NCBI GenBank assembly: GCA_002633005.1
Contig: NMRA01000022.1
Span: forward strand, 381,732-445,731
DNA from: Phoronis australis
Taxonomy: Eukaryota > Animalia > Phoronida
Direction of reading: 5' to 3'
Length of the DNA: 64,000 bases
This document shows positions 61,401 through 64,000 of this stretch, in pieces. Each line of letters begins with the position of its first letter. The first letter of the stretch is position 1. Under the pieces are notes generated by a model that ran no database searches, was not told where the DNA came from, and saw only the letters and a program-made list of their open reading frames with translations. Both the position numbers and the translations under genes were made by a program.

Positions 61401-62193
61401 CTCGAAGCGAAGTGTATTTCATCCATATTTCGAGTACGATTNAGTATGAGTGTCAGATTTGAGTACGTTTGGAGTCTACTCGAAATCTGACATTAGATAC
61501 GCTTTTTTGAGTACGACTCCAGTGAGCACGATTTTGAGTATGAAATCTCGAGTATGAGTATGAGTCTGAGTACGGAGATTGGAGACCGGGCCCAGGTTCC
61601 ATTCCACAGGTCACAAGCTAGCTGTACCACCTGTACTTGGGTACAGCTAACTTTGGTTGAACAAGGACCATTTTAGTAAATAATTCCCAGGAGATTCAGT
61701 GCAGCACAGTTCAACTGTATAATATTATACATTCCTATGTCTTCTACTGTAACATATCAATAGATGCTTTTGTAGTATGAAATGACTTTCTGATCAAACA
61801 ATCCTTGGGTGAAATATCAGACAGTAACATGAAAAATTTTATGGAAGTGCAGCTAAAGGGGCCATAGCACCGAGCTCAGGTAGGCACTTTGGCCTCTCAG
61901 GCAGGATTTAAGATGTTTAATCACATGGCAATGTCTTAACCATTTTCCGTGATTGTCAAAGTATTGTGATGTGGAGTTTGAACGCACGGCAGCACCTTTG
62001 TGCCCTCTGCAGTCAGCGGTGACAGAACAAAAGAACAACAACCTAGACAACCAACAGCCAACAACAGTTAATCACACAACACCAAACTGAAAATAAAGAA
62101 GATGGCTTGAAAACCACTTGAATGAATCTCAGGACCACTTGTCCAGTGAGTGAATTCCCAGAGTCAACTTACCGATGGTGACTAAGATACCCA
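51847..62193 (-). CDS. PRC1: Protein regulator of cytokinesis 1 (PRC1/Ase1/MAP65 family), multi-exon, incomplete
   Basis: In-frame GT-AG exons 61095-60981, 59865-59722, 59081-58848, 58473-58303, 57278-57129, 56571-56424, 56147-56011, 55429-55334, 55096-54950, 54264-54142; probable last exon 51921-51847; candidate microexon 62193-62173. Hallmarks [44 protein letters not shown]. Confidence 0.95.
52052..52279. mobile_element. MITE with CAG(T/A)GGC(A/G)GATCTAC TIR and 5-bp TSD in a PRC1 intron
   Basis: CAGTGGCAGATCTAC...GTAGATCCGCCTCTG; CCTCC at 52047-51 and 52280-84. Confidence 0.82.
52330..52401. repeat. (GT)n microsatellite running into the gap
   Basis: About 36 GT units visible. Confidence 0.98.
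52402..53099. other. Assembly gap (N run); may hide PRC1 tail exons
   Basis: Run of n. Confidence 1.
53330..53468. mobile_element. One end of a hAT-like element
   Basis: Ends ...CCAAGCCCTG (CAGGGCTTGG on the minus strand) with clustered GCGGAA subterminal repeats; the partner end is not seen. Confidence 0.5.
54142..54264 (-). CDS. PRC1: PRC1 exon ([41 protein letters not shown])
   Basis: taatag / gtgaga; CDK consensus sites TPAK and TPSK as in the PRC1 tail. Confidence 0.92.
54950..55096 (-). CDS. PRC1: PRC1 exon (VEQKLKEDILEWE...FLVKGQRFMDYIEQQW...NQR)
   Basis: gttcag / gtaact; WE...FxVxG..FxxY motif. Confidence 0.94.
55334..55429 (-). CDS. PRC1: PRC1 exon ([32 protein letters not shown]), microtubule-binding region
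   Basis: gaacag / gtaagt; NRGGxLLxEE signature. Confidence 0.96.
56011..56147 (-). CDS. PRC1: PRC1 exon (DYCEDLLEAHELEV...EELWNKMVEFD)
   Basis: tttcag / gtaagt; E-x-LL-x-x-H-E motif. Confidence 0.93.
56424..56571 (-). CDS. PRC1: PRC1 exon (MRCEIERCEALKLQNMKRFVEGVRKELISWWDKCYFS...)
   Basis: tttcag / gtgtgt; WDKC motif. Confidence 0.93.
57129..57278 (-). CDS. PRC1: PRC1 exon (LEVKQQENKQLAEELRLRMVTLWDRL...IEE)
   Basis: ttttcag / gtgagg; LWDRL motif. Confidence 0.93.
58303..58473 (-). CDS. PRC1: PRC1 exon (DHRHGILLTTRKDI...FERDLVCEEEDSFLLSTENM...QE)
   Basis: tcttcag / gtaata; phase 0-0. Confidence 0.92.
58848..59081 (-). CDS. PRC1: PRC1 exon (STSGLTLIQLEKELR...VPSNEQLDELEKHIQNLESEK)
   Basis: cccttcag / gttggt; 78 open codons, not shown in the ORF track. 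Confidence 0.92.
59722..59865 (-). CDS. PRC1: PRC1 exon (VVMIHLRNLLNEMVTEE...ELALNNFV)
   Basis: ttacag / gtatgc; phase 0-0. Confidence 0.92.
60981..61095 (-). CDS. PRC1: PRC1 exon (VTEMIEQLSNSLQAALTSLSNVWNEIGIDQSQRRDRTE)
   Basis: ttttgtacag acceptor, GAG|gtaagt donor; WxxIG dimerisation-domain motif. Confidence 0.93.
61247..61592. mobile_element. PIF/Harbinger (Tourist-like) MITE in a PRC1 intron
   Basis: Perfect 31-bp TIR GGCCCGGTCTCCAATCTCCGTACTCAGACTC, 3-bp TSD CAG on both sides, internal TACTCGA/TCGAGTA repeats. Confidence 0.92.
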
Positions 62194-62758
62194 CTGAAAT
62201 ATAATGGAGAAAAAATGAAAAGATAGGGATCGATATAAGTGCCCTCTGGGGGGAGGGTTCGTGATCGTCCTGGGTAAAGTGTCAACCAGTAGTTATCGTC
62301 AGGAACTGCTTTGTCGGGTAAATGGCAAAGATCAGCTTATTTGGCCGAACTGTTGGTTAAATAAGAAAAATAGCTTACTTGGCCTATTTGTCGGGTAAAT
62401 AGTATCAGTTGGACATACTAAAACAGAGACGGGGCAAAATGTTTCCAACATAATTTCCATGCCATATTGAGATTGACCTATTCATATATAAAACAAAGAT
62501 AATTGCGGTTGCAGCATAGTGATTATCATCCGAAGCCAGCTAGCTGCATGAAGACATCACGCTGCCTGCTCTGGGTGGTTCTGCTCGTCACCTCATCGTG
62601 AAACTCATATTAACATGTAGACTCAACCGACACCTTGCCTGTTACAGCCATTTTAAAGAAAACAATGTAATAACCATCACTTTCTTGCATAATTTTCTGG
62701 CTTTCATCATAAAAAAGTCTGTTGTTGACTTGAAGAACAACTTATATATTCGTGCAAG

Positions 62759-63067
62759 CAGGGGCGGATTCAGGAGTTTGAGTTGGGGGGGAGCCAGGGA
62801 ACAGGAATAACTAAAATTTCGCCACATGCGCACGCCCAGCCTACAATGTAGGGATAGAGGGTTCTCGAATTTTTGGGTTTGTGGACCTTCTTACTAAAAA
62901 AATGGTAAACGGGGTTTGTTCAAGGCCTATGCGTTGTGCATTCGCCCCTCCCTCGAGCACCCCTGGGTGCGCGCATATGCTAGTCAGCAATTCTCACCCT
63001 GCCAAATGGTATCTGGGAGAATTTGAGGGGGGCCATGGCCCCTTTGCCCCCCCAAAATCCGCCACTG
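62759..63067. mobile_element. CAGGGGCGGATT/AATCCGCCACTG MITE carrying a nested CATGCGC-family MITE (62825-62977)
   Basis: Outer TIRs with GCAAG/ACAAG flanks; inner TIRs CATGCGCACGCCCAG / CTGGGTGCGCGCAT match the 4405 family. Confidence 0.75.
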
Positions 63068-63398
63068 ACAAGCATAGCGCCATTTCTAAATTTTTTAGAC
63101 ATCTTTCAGGAGTTGATGACAGCTTCATAGAAGCAAAATTTGCTCAGAAATTTCGTTTGCTGGTATCAAAATATTAAAAAGTTATGACAAAGTGAAACCA
63201 ATTCTAATAATTAATTCATTGTCACATATATGCAACCAAGTGAAAGAAGACTAGATAATTGAATAATCAAAGAAAATTTAAGAAGTTGGCTAATAGGTAA
63301 TGCTGTATTTTTTCATAGCATTGAAAGTTGATGCATAAGATCACTCCAAAATTTTTTGATCGCTCTCACCAGCCAGCTTAGACAGTACCACCATCGCA

Positions 63399-63819
63399 AC
63401 TGGCCTCAGTAGAGATGGTGGCCAAACGCTGGAAGCTTTTCGGAGTATTATGCCTCACACTGAGTAAACCATCAAAGACTCAGAAGCTTTTCCGAGTATT
63501 ATGCCTCCCAGCTCGAACAAATTATACCCCAAATCAAACTTTTTTTCCAATCCAAACAATCCTTCGTTCAGTTCCCCAAATCGGCAACACTTCTCGCACC
63601 AGGGGGCATGATGCCGATTTGAGTAACTGAACAAAGGACTGTTCAAAAAAGTTTGATTGCGGGAGTATTTGTTTGAGCTGGGAAGAGTTAAAGACATCAA
63701 CGGCCTCCTAAGATGTCTATGCGCAAAAGGTACTTACAGCAACAGGACTCTGAGTGATGGTTTAATCAGTGTGAGGCATAATTCGTTGAAAAGCTTCCAC
63801 ATGAGATTGAAGGGCCAGT
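63399..63819. mobile_element. Long palindromic (foldback) MITE
   Basis: Nested inverted blocks: GGAAGCTTTTC..ATTATGCCTCACACTGA.TAAACCATCA versus TGATGGTTTAATCAGTGTGAGGCATAAT..GAAAAGCTTCC, and CCCAGCTC.AACAAAT...AATCAAACTTTTT versus AAAAAGTTTGATT...ATTTGTTTGAGCTGGG. Confidence 0.8.
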
Positions 63820-64000
63820 AAAAGTGGAGTAAACGTGTCCCGGTAATTGTTTACAATATGACGACAACGACTTAGAGATATGATTTTGGTATCGTTCGAT
63901 TCCTCGCGCCGTCATCTTTCCAAAAATATATGAATTGATTCCCTACCGCGTTTCCTCCCTATTGTATCGTCGAATTTCATTTGGCACTATTTCCCGGTGG

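Noticed and set aside
1-64000. tRNA, rRNA, prokaryotic defence or phage-like systems, intact transposases or reverse transcriptases
   Set aside because: None recognised by eye; the only long ORF is the TLR. tRNAscan-SE and Infernal would be needed to exclude small RNA genes.

Overview
Eukaryotic (animal) genomic DNA, AT-rich with GT-AG introns, looking like a marine invertebrate; the taxon is inference only. It has two N-gaps (34554-35158, 52402-53099). I reconstructed by hand four recognisable protein-coding genes. (1) A + strand multi-exon CAP/CRISP-family gene (197-9568, 5' end outside the window) encoding CAP + Cys-rich/EGF-like + ShKT + Ser/Thr stalk + a GPI-signal-like tail. (2) A + strand Toll-like receptor whose CDS is essentially one exon (29215-31998). 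(3) An intronless PNRC-family decapping co-activator (44262-44612), head-to-head with an unidentified minus-strand spliced gene. (4) A minus-strand PRC1/Ase1 gene (51847-62193), with exon 1 not found and some exons probably in the gap. The intergenic DNA is dense in non-autonomous DNA transposons: a 4.3-kb TA-flanked TIR element, PIF/Harbinger relics, 5-bp-TSD elements and foldback MITEs. I see no prokaryotic-type system (no CRISPR, operon, rRNA or tRNA). The best leads are the atypical TLR, an in-frame duplicated exon end and a microexon in PRC1, the membrane-tethered CAP-ShK protein, the unknown partner gene of PNRC and the cargo-carrying transposon. All family assignments come from motif recall; no searches were run.
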